From NCBI GenBank assembly GCA_964016885.1, contig OZ024740.1, positions 204,228,001-204,292,000 of the forward strand: a DNA stretch of 64,000 bases. Direction: 5' to 3'. Positions within the stretch are counted from its first letter, which is position 1. Each line of letters opens with the position of its first letter. The notes beneath the pieces were generated by a model. It did not search any database. It worked only from the letters and a program-made list of their open reading frames with translations, and was not told where the DNA came from. This document shows, in pieces, positions 41,826 to 54,744 of the stretch. The stretch is from Eledone cirrhosa. Its lineage: Eukaryota. A program made the position numbers and the translations under genes.

Positions 41826-41977
41826 CACTGGTTCTACAATTTCAACAATGCAGGTGGAACTGACTAAAAAAGAATTGTGTATTGATTATATCGAGACAGA
41901 TAATGACGCCTGGTTCATCCACCGCAAACAATGCCAATACGGATATGCAGCTATTCCGCGTATTAAATGTGTAAATG
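41826..41977 (+). CDS. Divergent SRCR-like exon, second half of domain 4
   Basis: ttcag|C...G|gtaaa; TGSTISTMQVELTKKELCIDYIETDNDAWFIHRKQCQYGYAAIPRIKCVN; phase 2 in, phase 1 out; terminal I.C conserved. Confidence 0.7.
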
Positions 41978-43312
41978 GTAAATAATGATTTAAAACTAAA
42001 TATGAATGTTTGTGAAGGCGCGTAGCTTAGTTCTTGGGGTGTTCGGATAACAATCGTAAGGTCGTGAGTTCAGTTCACGGTGGCGCATTTTGTCCTTCAT
42101 TGAGCAAGGTACTTTATTTCACTTAGCTGGAAAAAGAGGTTGTATCTGTAATTCAAAGAGTCAGCCTTGCCATGCATTGTGTGAAGCTGAATCTCCCTGA
42201 GAATTACATTAATGGCACATGTGTCTGTGGAATGCTCAACCACTGGTACATTAATTTCACGAGCATGCCACTCTGTTGGTCGAATGACTGGAACACACGT
42301 CGGAACCGACGGAAATCCACCAACATGAATAAATGTTTGTCTCCACCCATGAGGCTCATCAGGCCGTTAATTGACTGAGAGTACAAGACTCCCCATGGAC
42401 AGGACGCCAGTCCATCGCAGGGTTAAACCCCCAGCTATTACTGGTACTCAGTTTTAGTTGAGTATACTGGAGCGACGTGAAATGAAGTGTTTTGCTTAAG
42501 AACACAACACACAACCCAGTCCAGGAATCGAACCCACAACATTATGATCCTAAGTCCAACACCTATACAACAAAACAATATAAATGCTTTTAAAAAAAGA
42601 AAGTTAAGTTTCTTTCTCGAGTGTATTACAAAACTGTTGGGGCCATACAAATTAATTACAGGCACTTATGTAAAGAATATGATATTCTTTTAATCTTTTA
42701 TGTTTTTACTAGTTTAACTAAGACCTTGGTGAGGTACTATCGTAAAGAGTTTGGTTAATCATATCGGCCTCAGTACTATTTTCCAGGTCTGATATTTATT
42801 TTATCAATTTTATTTTATTTTTTGTAGAACCGCTAAATGTGTGTATGTGAGTGAATAGAGAGAGGGAGGAGAGGGAGTGGGTGTCAACAACAAACAAAGA
42901 GCGCTCAAAGCTAATATTTATTTACATACGGTATCACATTTGCTTTTCAAATTCTTATCCAGAAGACTATCTCCAGATCCCGTTTATCTCACCTGCTATC
43001 GCTTGCATTTCTGCACTCTTTTTTAGTTCATGAAACCATTGGATGCAGATGTTATAATATCGTGCATAAAAGGGATAAAGGGTCCCTTCGGTCACGAATG
43101 ACCATGGGATTTGCACCTAGAAAGTTCCCCAAGTCCGGGAAAGGTTGTTTGTGGAATACCAGCAATCACTCATGCATACCAGCCTTCCCTATCCACTTCA
43201 CCAATGTTATCCAAGGAAAAGGCAAAGGCTTGACACCAGTGACGTCGCAACTTGTACTCTCAGCCGCTTCACGCCATGAAATGAGCCTTCTGACTTAAGA
43301 CAGACTTTAGAC

Positions 43313-43380
<68 letters not shown>

Positions 43381-43406
43381 CACACAACACACACACACAT
43401 GAGGCT

Positions 43407-43845
43407 TGTTTGCATCATTGCAAACGAATCAAATATTATTATTAGTATTCGAAAAACTCAGATTATTGTATTCAGTCATGTTGAGAGAATTTTTTTTTTT
43501 TTTTATGTGGCAAAGTCGGCCATTTATCGCTCGTATACAGGAAACTGACTGGCCAGTTTGCTGATATGCAAATCTGGCTGATCAGTGGATCTGCTAATAT
43601 GCAGATCTGACTGATCAGCCAGTCTGTTAATATGCAAATCAGGCCGATCAGTTAGTAAGTAAACAGTGAACTGTACTGATGAAGGGTAATACCCAGAAAC
43701 ATTAGTGTCTGCAGTTCTGTTTACATGCCAACACAAGAGCAAGAATGAGGGGCTCATTCTACTGACATGGCTTTAAAAATGTGGCGTGTTTGCATAATTG
43801 CAAACGATTCGAATATTATTATTAATATTCGAAAAACTCAGATTA
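43407..43845 (+). mobile_element. Retrozyme-like 1.15-mer (380-nt period) with an internal hammerhead
   Basis: 59-bp direct repeats 43407-43465 and 43787-43845; flanked by (CA)n and (TA)n. Confidence 0.78.
43661..43722 (+). ncRNA. Type I hammerhead ribozyme, predicted GUC cleavage after 43709
   Basis: aaacagtgaactgta-CTGATGA-a-gggt(aat)accc-a-GAAA-ca(ttag)tg-TC-tgcagttctgttt. Confidence 0.85.
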
Positions 43846-43849
43846 CATT

Positions 43850-43884
<35 letters not shown>

Positions 43885-43887
<3 letters not shown>

Positions 43888-45110
43888 GGAAACTTTAAAG
43901 ACTTTTTATGTACAAACTCTGTCCTCCTCACCCTCCTCACCACTCATGACATAGCTCCTGTAAACAACTCTAGCTAACATCTGCAAAAGTACTTTGATGC
44001 TCTAGCTCAGAGGTTTTCAAAGCGGGCGCTACCACCCTCACCCCCCGGGGGCGTTGAGAAGATCCAGCGGGTGCTGGGGCCTAAAGGGGCGGAGAGAGAT
44101 GATATAATAGTATATTAAATATTAAATGATATATATTACATATAGATATAGTAAAATAGTGAAGGAGCGTGGCTGAGTGATTAGAGAATTAGATTCGCAA
44201 TCGTGCGGTTGTGAGTTCCATTCCCGGATCGAGCGATGCGTTATGTCCTTCGGCAAAAAACTTTATTTCACGTTTCCCCTTCTACCTTAAGGAGCAACGA
44301 TAGAGAGTATCAGCAATCGGAAAGACCAATGGAAACATTGTTTCCTCGGTCCTATTTGACGAAAGTCGATCGTAAAATAATAAAATATATATTTATTTAT
44401 ACATAGTATATATTATATTATTTATTATATATAAATTAACGTTTTTATTTGTTATATATCATTTACAATTTGCGTGTAGGCGGATTTCTTTGGAAATAGG
44501 GTTGGAGGCGCTGAGGGCATTACGTGGCATTGAGGGGGACGATGGCGTGAGGGGGGGGGGGGTGATGGTGGCAATGACCCAAAAAGTTTGAGAACCTCTG
44601 CTCTAGCTAGACATGCAGCAGAAGTGGAACTATTTATAAACGTCTCCAAAACTAAATATATCTCAACAGATAAGAATAACCAGCCTCTACAATATATGAT
44701 AAACCCATCAACACATTTCAGAATTTTTCTATCTAGACCAGAAAATGTTAAGCACTAATGATAGCTCTGTTGTAGTTCATCACAGAATAGGATTAAGCTG
44801 GGTAGCTTTAAAGAAAAATAAGGAAGTTTTAACCTTAAAACGGATCCTACTTTATATCAAATGTAAAATCTACAACTCGTATGCTGTACCGTTCGTCCTT
44901 TATGGTCTTGAATGAGTGAACTCTACCTCATCTACGATTAGTAAAATTGAGATCTTTCCAAACCATATTTCGAGGTTCGTGACAAATAACAGGCTTACTT
45001 GACCATATAAAAATTGAGAATCTGCTAAAACTTGCGAAACTAGTTCCTATAATGTGCATCATCGAAAATAAAGTCCTGAAGCTTTTTGGTCACGCAAAGC
45101 GTTCATAAAA
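43885..45110 (+). mobile_element. Degraded RTE-like LINE fragment split by a hAT insertion
   Basis: LARHAAEV.LFINVSKTKY and YAVPFVLYGLE remnants read through across the TSD. Confidence 0.6.
44008..44600. mobile_element. hAT (Charlie-like) non-autonomous element containing a SINE fragment
   Basis: TIR cagaggttttcaaa / tttgagaacctctg; perfect 8-bp TSD CTCTAGCT at 44000-44007 and 44601-44608. Confidence 0.9.
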
Positions 45111-45164
45111 ATGTTAATAAATACAACATAACGGTTTATCAATGTAACATTTTTTTTTCTTTAG

Positions 45165-45300
45165 AGATCTACAGAATGGTTGGAGGGGGTAATGATGACG
45201 GTCGCCTGGAGGTCAATATTAATGGACAATGGGGTAACCTATGCAGTGGTATATGGAACAACTCTGGTGCAAAGTTAGCCTGCAATGCTCTTGGATTTCA
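45165..45300 (+). CDS. SRCR exon, first half of domain 5
   Basis: ctttag|AG...CA|gtaag; IYRMVGGGNDDGRLEVNINGQWGNLCSGIWNNSGAKLACNALGF. Confidence 0.93.
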
Positions 45301-45628
45301 GTAAGTAATGTCATGTCTTAATACTTTCATAAGAGTTTTACTGTTAATGTAATGCAGTATGGTCAGATTCTTAACAAGTTAACTTTGCAATTATTAGGTT
45401 CCGGATTTGATCCTAATGTGTGACATATTGGGCAATGCTAGAAAGAATTATTATTATGATACACTTCGTATTTACGGTCACAAGAATTACTCAATGCCAT
45501 AGTAGAAATTAATATATTCTTTATTAAGGCCAAGTTTGAATTTTGTTACTCCAGGGTTCCTCCTGTGTACTCAAAGAGACAAATAATATGCGTACATATA
45601 TATATATATATGTATATATATATACTCG

Positions 45629-45927
<299 letters not shown>

Positions 45928-45967
45928 TTCAAAATATTAACAAAATAGATATTCTTGTGATCAATTA

Positions 45968-46034
45968 TATTTTATTATACATATTTCAGAGGTACTGAGT
46001 TAAGTTCAACAGTACGTCCTCATCAGATAAAATA
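45968..46034 (-). ncRNA. Type I hammerhead ribozyme
   Basis: Reverse complement of the 48180 motif. Confidence 0.8.
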
Positions 46035-48179
46035 AGATGATGCATGACATGCCCTGACATAGTAGATAGTAGATGGTTAAGATTCAGTCATGGTAGTGAT
46101 TAACATATGACAAAACTCAATATTTATACCCTAATATTGAGAACATGAGAAAAATATATAATACAAACAATAGAGAGGGTGCGTGTAATACAGCTTAAAA
46201 AATACATGGCATCAATATAACAGTTAAAAAAATTTTTTTTAAACTACTGAAGAAAGAGGAAGGAAAGAAAAGTATAGAGGAAGAAACAGCTGATGTGATA
46301 ATATATTTAGTAGGTGGCTCGAAAAACAGATGAAAGATGATTAAAGAGAGAGAGAGACAAAGGGGAGTAATTTATGTTCAAGTTTATAGATAATTACCCA
46401 TATATGCAATATATATATCCAAATTTATTTATTTAGTTGGCCGTTAATATTCAAAATATTTAATTGAAGTTATTTCAGAGTAATGAGTAATATTTTAGGT
46501 TTTAAAAGTTAATAGGTATTTGTATTAATATTTTAATTATACTATCAAGTTTAATTTCTAAAATTCAAATTTTATGAAAACAAATTTAAAGCATTTACGA
46601 AACACGAGAAAGAAAATATATAATGCTTGTATACTCTCACGAAGGTAATCTTTACCAAAATTATTTATAATATTGACAACAGTTTATATAATATAGTTTA
46701 TAAAATAAATATAGTTATAATTATTAAAGACTTTATGGTTAAATAGTTTGAATGCCTAAAGGATCAACCGGCCTTATAACTAAACTTAAAGAAGTTTGAA
46801 TTTTTTATTATATATATGTGTTAATCAAAAAATATACAAGGATTTTAATGTCTAAAGACTTAAGTTGATACCTTTCCAATATATATAATATAATACAATA
46901 ATATAATATAGTAAATAAGTTACTGAAAATATTGTTAAAAAATATATATAGTTAAAATATATTGTTAAAAAATATTGTTAAAAAATTAATGTTTTATACC
47001 AATTATTTTCATTTAGTTGATGTATACTATAAACATATAAGTCAAAACTACATGAGTCCTAATGATAGGGGCTAGATACTATAAAGACAAAAAATAAAAA
47101 TAATGAATTTTTTGCGAAACTTAAAAATGCCCAATATTAAAAATATATTATAAATGTAATAGGGTTTTAATATATAGTAGACAAAAGATACGTCTAAAAT
47201 ATTTTAGCTAATGCGATAGAAAGAGGAGCTAAATATTTGAAAAAGCCGAAGGTAATCTAAATTTAATTAAAATAAATTAAATTAAATTAAATTATATTAT
47301 ATTAAGTAAAAATTATTATATAAATTCGAAGACTTATAACAATATAGAGTCATTTGAGTATCTAAATTATTTATAAATGTAACTACGAGTATGTTATTTC
47401 ACTAGATAAACATATTTGTACAACTATATAGAGATATTATTATAGGTATTAATGAAATGGTATACATTTAATAAATAAATAATTATTAGTAATGCTATAA
47501 TTGTAATTTTACCTCCAGTTCAGTGGAGAGAGAGAGACCAATATTTGTCGACTATTATGGTTTGTTATATTTATACCTAGATATATATAAAAAATAAATA
47601 AATGCAAATTTAACTTTCTGAATCCCCAAAACATATTCAAAATGAGTAAAATATGCAAACGCATGAATTATTATAATCGGTTCAATTATAATCGGTAAAT
47701 TTACAAGTTAAATATCCAAATTATATATTTAAAATAGAGACAGATAAATACAGAGCTGAATCAAAATTATAAATATCTAAAAAAAAAAAAAACCTAAGGT
47801 GTGCATATTTATCAAGTAAACAAGTTATCAAAAGAGTATCCTTCATTCTAACATTAATTCTAACATTAATTCTAACATTAATTCTATCATAAATGATTAG
47901 AAGATAAAGTATTATTAAAGTTTTATGACATCAGCTGTTTCTTCCTCTATACTTTTCTTTCCTTCCTCTTTCTTCAGTAGTTTTTTTTAAATTTTAACTG
48001 TTATATTGATGCCATGTATTTTTTAAGCTGTATTACACGCACCCTCTCTATTGTTTGTATTATATATTTTTCTCATATTCTCAATATTAGGGTATAAATA
48101 TTGAGTTTTTTCATATGTTAATCACTACCATGACTGAATCTTAACCATCTACTATGTCAGGGTCTGTCATGCATCATCT

Positions 48180-48246
48180 TATTTTATCTGATGAGGACGT
48201 ACTGTTGAACTTAACTCAGTACCTCTGAAATATGTATAATAAAATA
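48180..48246 (+). ncRNA. Type I hammerhead ribozyme
   Basis: tattttat-CTGATGA-ggacgtactg...cagtacctct-GAAA-tatgta-TA-ataaaata. Confidence 0.82.
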
Positions 48247-48373
48247 TAATTGATCACAAGAATATCTATTTTGTTAATATTTTGAATTAATATTAATAAC
48301 TCTGGAAAACCATTACTGTTGAGTGCTTCCAATCTATTGTAAAACTCATTCTTTGATGTATTCATTTAAATTT

Positions 48374-48426
<53 letters not shown>

Positions 48427-48478
48427 TAAAGAAAATGCGTAGATCGGTGTAGATGTTAAAAAGCGCTTTATTAACAAA

Positions 48479-48556
48479 GCTGTGATACATATTTCAATGG
48501 CGATCGTAGCTACGTGATTGATCAATCATACGAGTCACGTGATATCAACAGACAGC
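48479..48556 (-). ncRNA. Degenerate type I hammerhead (core CTGTTGA)
   Basis: gctgt-ctgttga-long stem II-GAAA-tatgta-TC-acagc, ~55 nt from (TA)n. Confidence 0.55.
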
Positions 48557-49164
48557 ATCTTATATAGTAAGGTTACGTTTCCAAGGCAATCCAATCTAAA
48601 GACAAGGGAACGGAGAGGATTAATGTTTTCATAGCCGAAGTCCGTTCCGTTGTGAACAGATTTGCACAAACGGAGAGTTGGGGGACTGGCTGACCATCCG
48701 CCTATCACCAACTCCCTGTCAGTAGCTAGTGCCACAGATACTTGCTATCTCACATATCAAGCCTCCTCCACCACAACCGGTGAGATACTACGGTCACAGA
48801 GTTCAATTCATCCTAAGATGTTTTAGTGTACTGCGAGGCTCTCGCCCAGCATACACCAACACCAGTAAGCTAATAATCCTGTGGTGGCATGCATGCATCT
48901 CCCCACCTACTACCACTATTTTATGGTGGGACAACTCATGTCATCACGTTGGCCGCAAAAACTTATATTGTTGAGTGAATTATTGTTTAACTCCCCATCA
49001 CAAAAGTGGATAGATAAATTAATACTAGGGTCTAGAAATTAGAATTCCACATTGTAAATCAAAAAAATTAAAACTTCAGAATTAACATTTAAAAATAAAT
49101 AAAAATAAATTTTAAAAAATTAAAAAATAACTGGAAAAATGTATAAATTAGTGTTAGAAATTAG

Positions 49165-49575
49165 GCCAACGAGGTCATAAAGCATGGCTTGGATGCTGCA
49201 GGCTTCCCCTCCCAGCTCGAGGCGGTGAGGCTGGACCGAGGGTACAGCAAAACGCCAGACGGTATGACCATCTTCCCGTTTCGCGGTGGCAAACGTCTAG
49301 GATGCAGTCTGCGAATAACCCAGGTTCTGCAGCACTTCGGGCTGAGGAGGGCAAACTCTCCAAGTACCGGCGACTCTCGGACAGGCTTGCGGTCGTACCC
49401 CTAGCAGTGGAGACTTCTAGTGTCCTTCACTCTAGAGCTACTTCCCTACTTACCAACATAGGCGCTGAGCTGGCTAGCCGCAGGTGTGAGCCTCGCGAGA
49501 TGGAATTGCTCTTCCAAAGCATCTCCCTTACCATTCTCCGGGGAAATGCCTTCTTCATTCTGTCCGTTAAGGTGT
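49165..49575 (+). mobile_element. CRE-like RLE 3' fragment
   Basis: ORFs 49189 and 49302 are close paralogues of ORFs 17271 and 16901. Confidence 0.75.
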
Positions 49576-49609
49576 GATTTCCATGGGTATGTCATTATTT
49601 ATAAAACAA

Positions 49610-49672
49610 ATTTTATCTGATGAAAGCGCACCAAGTTTTGGTTGGTCGCCCTTGAAATATATATAATAAAAT
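49610..49672 (+). ncRNA. Type I hammerhead ribozyme in a solo PLE-type terminus (~49580-49810)
   Basis: attttat-CTGATGA-aagcgcaccaa...ttggtcgccctt-GAAA-tatata-TA-ataaaat; tail with gagtgctc ends ctcctacata-(TA)n, like the 24758 element. Confidence 0.8.
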
Positions 49673-49824
49673 AAATATGGTTTTATAAATATAGTTTCCA
49701 TTTATTATTATCTTGGAATATTTACTCCAGTAACTTGTTGAGTGCTCTATATCAGTTATAAACATTTATGTTTGTCGAAATTCCAACAAATTAAATACAA
49801 CTCCTACATATATATTTGTATATA

Positions 49825-50460
<636 letters not shown>

Positions 50461-50477
50461 CACCGGCCGATTATTTT

Positions 50478-51556
50478 CAACTAAAAAATTTTCGGGTTTT
50501 CGCAGTTATCTCCCTTACACTTCTCGCACGCATTCTAGTATTGCCTGTGTGAAGTGACCGTGTTTCTGCGCCTGCGCGTTCGTACCATTGTCCTTCTTGT
50601 TCCAATAACCATGCCCATTCCGAGCTGAGGATCCGCTAAGGTGAAACAATTGTTCTCGGTATGTTGAACTAACTGTTGTGTAACCACTTCTACCTAACTC
50701 GTCCCATGGACTGAGTGCTCTACCACTACAGATATTACCTTCCTGTGTTCTACCACTATATATATATATATATATATTTATAACCGACACAAAGTAAAAC
50801 TAGGATACTCCTGTGCTAAGAACATGAAGGCCCACATCACCAACAGCCCTAAGAGCAACACCCCACCAGAGTGCTCTTGCCGTAAGCCCGAAGCTTGTCC
50901 CCTTCAACAGCAATGTAACACACATGCTGTAGTTTATGAAGCTGTGGTCATTTCCAACCGACCAAATCAACCACAGGAGGTCAAATCCTATGTGGGTATG
51001 GCGGAGGGCCGATTTAAGGAACGCTTCCTGAACCACCGGTCGACCTTTAGGTACCCGGACAGACGTTCATCCACGAAACTCGCGAACCACGTATTGTCCC
51101 TCAAGGACGCAAGTATAGACTACTCCATTCAATGGAAAGCCATCACTAAGTCCAAGCCATACGCAAGGGGAAATCTGTCGTGTGGACTATGTATTGATGA
51201 ACGAATAGATATTCTAAAGAGATTATACAATAGCGATTGCCTAAACACGAGAAATGAATTCTTCACATGTTGTCCACACATATTGAAATACCTCTTACGT
51301 AACTAGAAAGCTCCGGATTGAATTACAACAGCATCCTAACTTTCTTATCAACTAGAAACTTTTCGGACTTTCGCAGTTATCTCCCTTACACCTCTCGCAC
51401 GCATTTTAGTATTGCCTGTGTGAAGTGATCGTTTCTACGCATGCGCGTTCGTACGGTTGTCCTTCCTGTTTTGTATAACCATATCCATTACGAGCTAAGG
51501 ATCCGCTAAGGTGAAACAATTGTTCTCGGTATGGTGAACTAACTGTTGTGTAACCA

Positions 51557-51558
<2 letters not shown>
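50478..51558 (+). mobile_element. Second PLE family: solo 3' terminus (50478-50757) and a GIY-YIG-encoding fragment with 3' UTR (~50780-51558)
   Basis: ORF 50824..51306 has CSCRKPEACPL...VVYEA...YVGMAEGRFKERFLNH...CGLC; 50478-50688 is similar to 51348-51558. Confidence 0.85.
50616..50663 (+). ncRNA. Type I hammerhead motif (GUU site); core-mutated copy at 51485-51534
   Basis: ccgag-CTGAGGA-tcc(gctaa)ggt-GAAA-caattg-TT-ctcgg; the second copy has CTAAGGA. Confidence 0.72.
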
Positions 51559-51608
<50 letters not shown>

Positions 51609-51729
51609 GGAGGTGAGTTTTATTGTAGTACAATAAAGCAATGCAGATATCGAATAAGAAGCACTCTACAGTTTGTGGGACTGGAGTATGCATAATATAA
51701 GATCAAAAGATGGTTAAAGGAGTTCCATA

Positions 51730-51800
51730 TATTTTATTATGCGCATTTCAAAAACAAACATCATCAAACAATAATATTTGCGTTTTCATCAGATAAAACA
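51730..51800 (-). ncRNA. Type I hammerhead ribozyme
   Basis: Reverse complement of the 51920 motif. Confidence 0.78.
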
Positions 51801-51919
51801 GGAGAACATGATATGAAGGCTAAAAAAACACTTGTTGATAGTGCAGTTTAAAAACAACATATGTTGTTTTAAAACTGCACTATCAACAAGTGTTTTTTAG
51901 CCTTCATATCATGTTCTCC

Positions 51920-51990
51920 TGTTTTATCTGATGAAAACGCAAATATTATTGTTTGATGATGTTTGTTTTTGAAATGCGCATAATAAAATA
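51920..51990 (+). ncRNA. Type I hammerhead ribozyme
   Basis: tgttttat-CTGATGA-aaacgcaaatattatt...gatgatgtttgttttt-GAAA-tgcgca-TA-ataaaata. Confidence 0.8.
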
Positions 51991-52020
51991 TATGGAACTC
52001 CTTTAACCATCTTTTGATCT

Positions 52021-52110
<90 letters not shown>

Positions 52111-52286
52111 CGAAGGAAATGTGGTAAGGAACCAGGTGGACCATAACGCACCAAAGTACTCAATACTTAGGGTAGTAGAGTGGGTAATAGGAATCAGTAA
52201 GACCCCGACGGCTGAGCTCAAGCCGTTTCGACGGCTATTAGCCGTCGAAACGGCTTGAGCTCAGCCGTCGGGGTCTTACTGGTTCC

Positions 52287-52357
<71 letters not shown>

Positions 52358-52405
52358 TATTGAGTACTCTGGTGCGTCCACTTGGTATCTTATCACACCC
52401 TCTTT

Positions 52406-52471
<66 letters not shown>

Positions 52472-52525
52472 GAACATATACGTTCATTATTTACTGTTAA
52501 TAAACATGCATATTTTTTTTTTCAG

Positions 52526-52695
52526 TGATGGCGTTTCAGTAGCAGGGAGAAACTTCAAGAGTTCGATAACTAAGAGCTGGGTGTCGGATGTCAATTGCAC
52601 AATACAATCAAAATCGTTAAGTGATTGCCAACATATTCTTCTTGATCACCAGACATGTCCAGTCGCTAAATTAATAGGAGTCAAATGTTTCAATG
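52526..52695 (+). CDS. SRCR exon, second half of domain 5
   Basis: ttcag|T...G|gttag; DGVSVAGRNFKSSITKSWVSDVNCTIQSKSLSDCQHILLDHQTCPVAKLIGVKCFN. Confidence 0.92.
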
Positions 52696-52734
52696 GTTAG
52701 TAGTTTTATAATCATGTTTTATGATACTTAGGCG

Positions 52735-54140
52735 GCGTATTGACAATCTGCATTCAGCAAATATTGAGCGATAACATCTCCACACAAGACATCAACGCGC
52801 AATTTCAACATTTCATGACATCAATACAAACCATATGCCGGAAAAAAAGGCCGACAGACACCAAAATGTTATTCCCAGAGGCACGAACATCTTTATAAGA
52901 TGAAAAACAAAGATCTCAAATCTGTTAAGAAAGAACCCCATTTGAAACAGGCACTGCTTGAAATTGAATCTTCACTCAAATTTTCTCATGAAAAGGAGAG
53001 GGCAGAGAGAAAGGATGGTACCATAAAAAATATTAAAACAAACCCTACGGCCTTCTTTAAATTTGCCAAAATGACTGCCTCGGTACACTGCAAGATTGGG
53101 TCACTTTTCCATAAAAATAGCTCACTGGCCGAGGATCCTCAAGGAATACGTGAAATACTGAATGAACAGTATAAAAGTGTTTCCACCCACCCCCAATGAA
53201 GCTCATGCAAATAACAAAGCCAAGAGAATTATTTGATGCCACAGTAACACAGGGAGAAATAGCGACCATCAACCACATAGGAAGATGTAATATCAACCAC
53301 GGAGGAAGATGTAATATCAGCTATGGAAGAAATGAGAGCCAACTCAGCTTCTGGACCTGATGGATTCCAAGCAGTCCTCCTAAAAACATGCAAGCGTATC
53401 TTAGTAAGACCTGTGAAGATCTTCTTCAGAAGTTCTCTGGCGAGCGGTAAACTACCCAGAGAGCTAAAAAACAAAAGGGCATAATATGTCTTATCCATAA
53501 AGGAGGAAGCAGAGCAGAGGCTAAAACTACAGGCCGGTCTCCCTGACTTCACATATAAGTAAACTGATCGCGTTCCTCGAGGAAAATGACCTAACTAACA
53601 CACAGCACGGCTTTCGTCCGGGAAGAACATCCCTTAGACAGCTTTTACAACACTACGACTGAAACAGCTGCGGGACTACTCAAATGTGGATGTGATATAT
53701 CTTGACTTTGCGAAGGCCTTCGATAAGGTCGACCATGGAATATTACACAAACTACACAGATTCGGCATAGTTGTAAAATTAGGTGAGTGACTGCATGACT
53801 TCTTAAAAGACAGGAGCTAGACTGTTGCAGCCAACAAGATGCTCTCAAAGGAAACATCAATAACAAGTGGGATGCCCCAGGAAACTTCTTGGGACCACTA
53901 CTGTTTTTTTTGTGTGTGGCTCACTCAGACATGCTCTCTGCAGTACATACAACATCCCTCACTAGCTAAGCTAAGCTAATGACACAGATATAACACAGGC
54001 AATGAAGAAACCGACTGATGCTACTCTTTTAAAACAAGATCTGGACGTCATATACAAATGGGCTGAAGACAACTATATGCAATTTAATGTTCGAAAATTT
54101 CAAGCCCGTCGATATCACCTGCAAACACAATGACAGTACA
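52735..54140 (+). mobile_element. Degraded CR1-group LINE fragment
   Basis: SASGPDGF, QHGFRPGR and DVIYLDFAKAFDKVDH remnants with many stops. Confidence 0.75.
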
Positions 54141-54155
54141 ACAAAGCTACATGTT

Positions 54156-54237
<82 letters not shown>

Positions 54238-54240
<3 letters not shown>

Positions 54241-54514
54241 AGTATTTTCGTAGAAAACGTAAAGGAAAAAAGAGTGCTCGCTGTATTGTACAGAGCTATC
54301 TAATTACAGAATAAACAACACGGTGTAATTATTTCATTACCGAAAGTTTCGAGATACTAGATCATTCATACAGAAACATTTAGCTCGGTGGTCAGTGAAA
54401 ATAACTATAATTGTTTTCACTGACGAACGAGGTAAATGTTTCTGTAAGAATCATCTAGTTTCTCGAAACTTTCGGTAATGAAATAATTACACTGTGTTGT
54501 TTATTATGTAATTA
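54238..54514. mobile_element. Fold-back mini-element (~107-bp arms) with a degenerate hammerhead (54408-54489, +)
   Basis: Palindrome 54301-54514 centred at 54407/54408; ttttca-CTGACGA-acgag...ctc-GAAA-ctttcgg-TA-atgaaataatta; gagtgctc at 54272. Confidence 0.65.
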
Positions 54515-54539
54515 TATATATATATATTATATATATATA

Positions 54540-54709
54540 CAGTAAAATTCCGTTATAACGAAATTCACGGGGTATAAAAAAATTCGTTGTAAGGGAAAAT
54601 TCTTTATAACGAAAGCGACCTGACACATTGAGTGTGTGGCCGGAGATTGAAAAAAATTTCGTTATACTAAAATATTAATTATAATGGTATTCATTATAAC
54701 GGAATTTTA

Positions 54710-54712
<3 letters not shown>
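54540..54712. mobile_element. Tigger/pogo-like MITE in (TA)n
   Basis: TIR cagtaaaattccgttataacgaa / ttcattataacggaattttac. Confidence 0.75.

Positions 54713-54741
<29 letters not shown>

Positions 54742-54744
<3 letters not shown>

Larger units (their letters stand above)
45920..48378 (+). mobile_element. AT-rich PLE-type element with ~370-bp inverted arms, each carrying a hammerhead, in (TA)n
   Basis: 45920-46295 is the reverse complement of ~47929-48294; the right arm has an extra ~85-nt tail with gagtgctt; no ORF inside. Confidence 0.82.
51604..52028 (-). mobile_element. Fold-back mini-PLE (same family as 24758): ~168-bp loopless hairpin plus tail, in (TA)n
   Basis: Centre caacat|atgttg at 51860/51861; 51604-51860 is homologous to 24758-25014. 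Confidence 0.88.

Noticed and set aside
48560-49000. PLE endonuclease remnant upstream of the 48479 hammerhead
   Set aside because: Plausible from position, but I could not read a convincing GIY-YIG motif in any frame.
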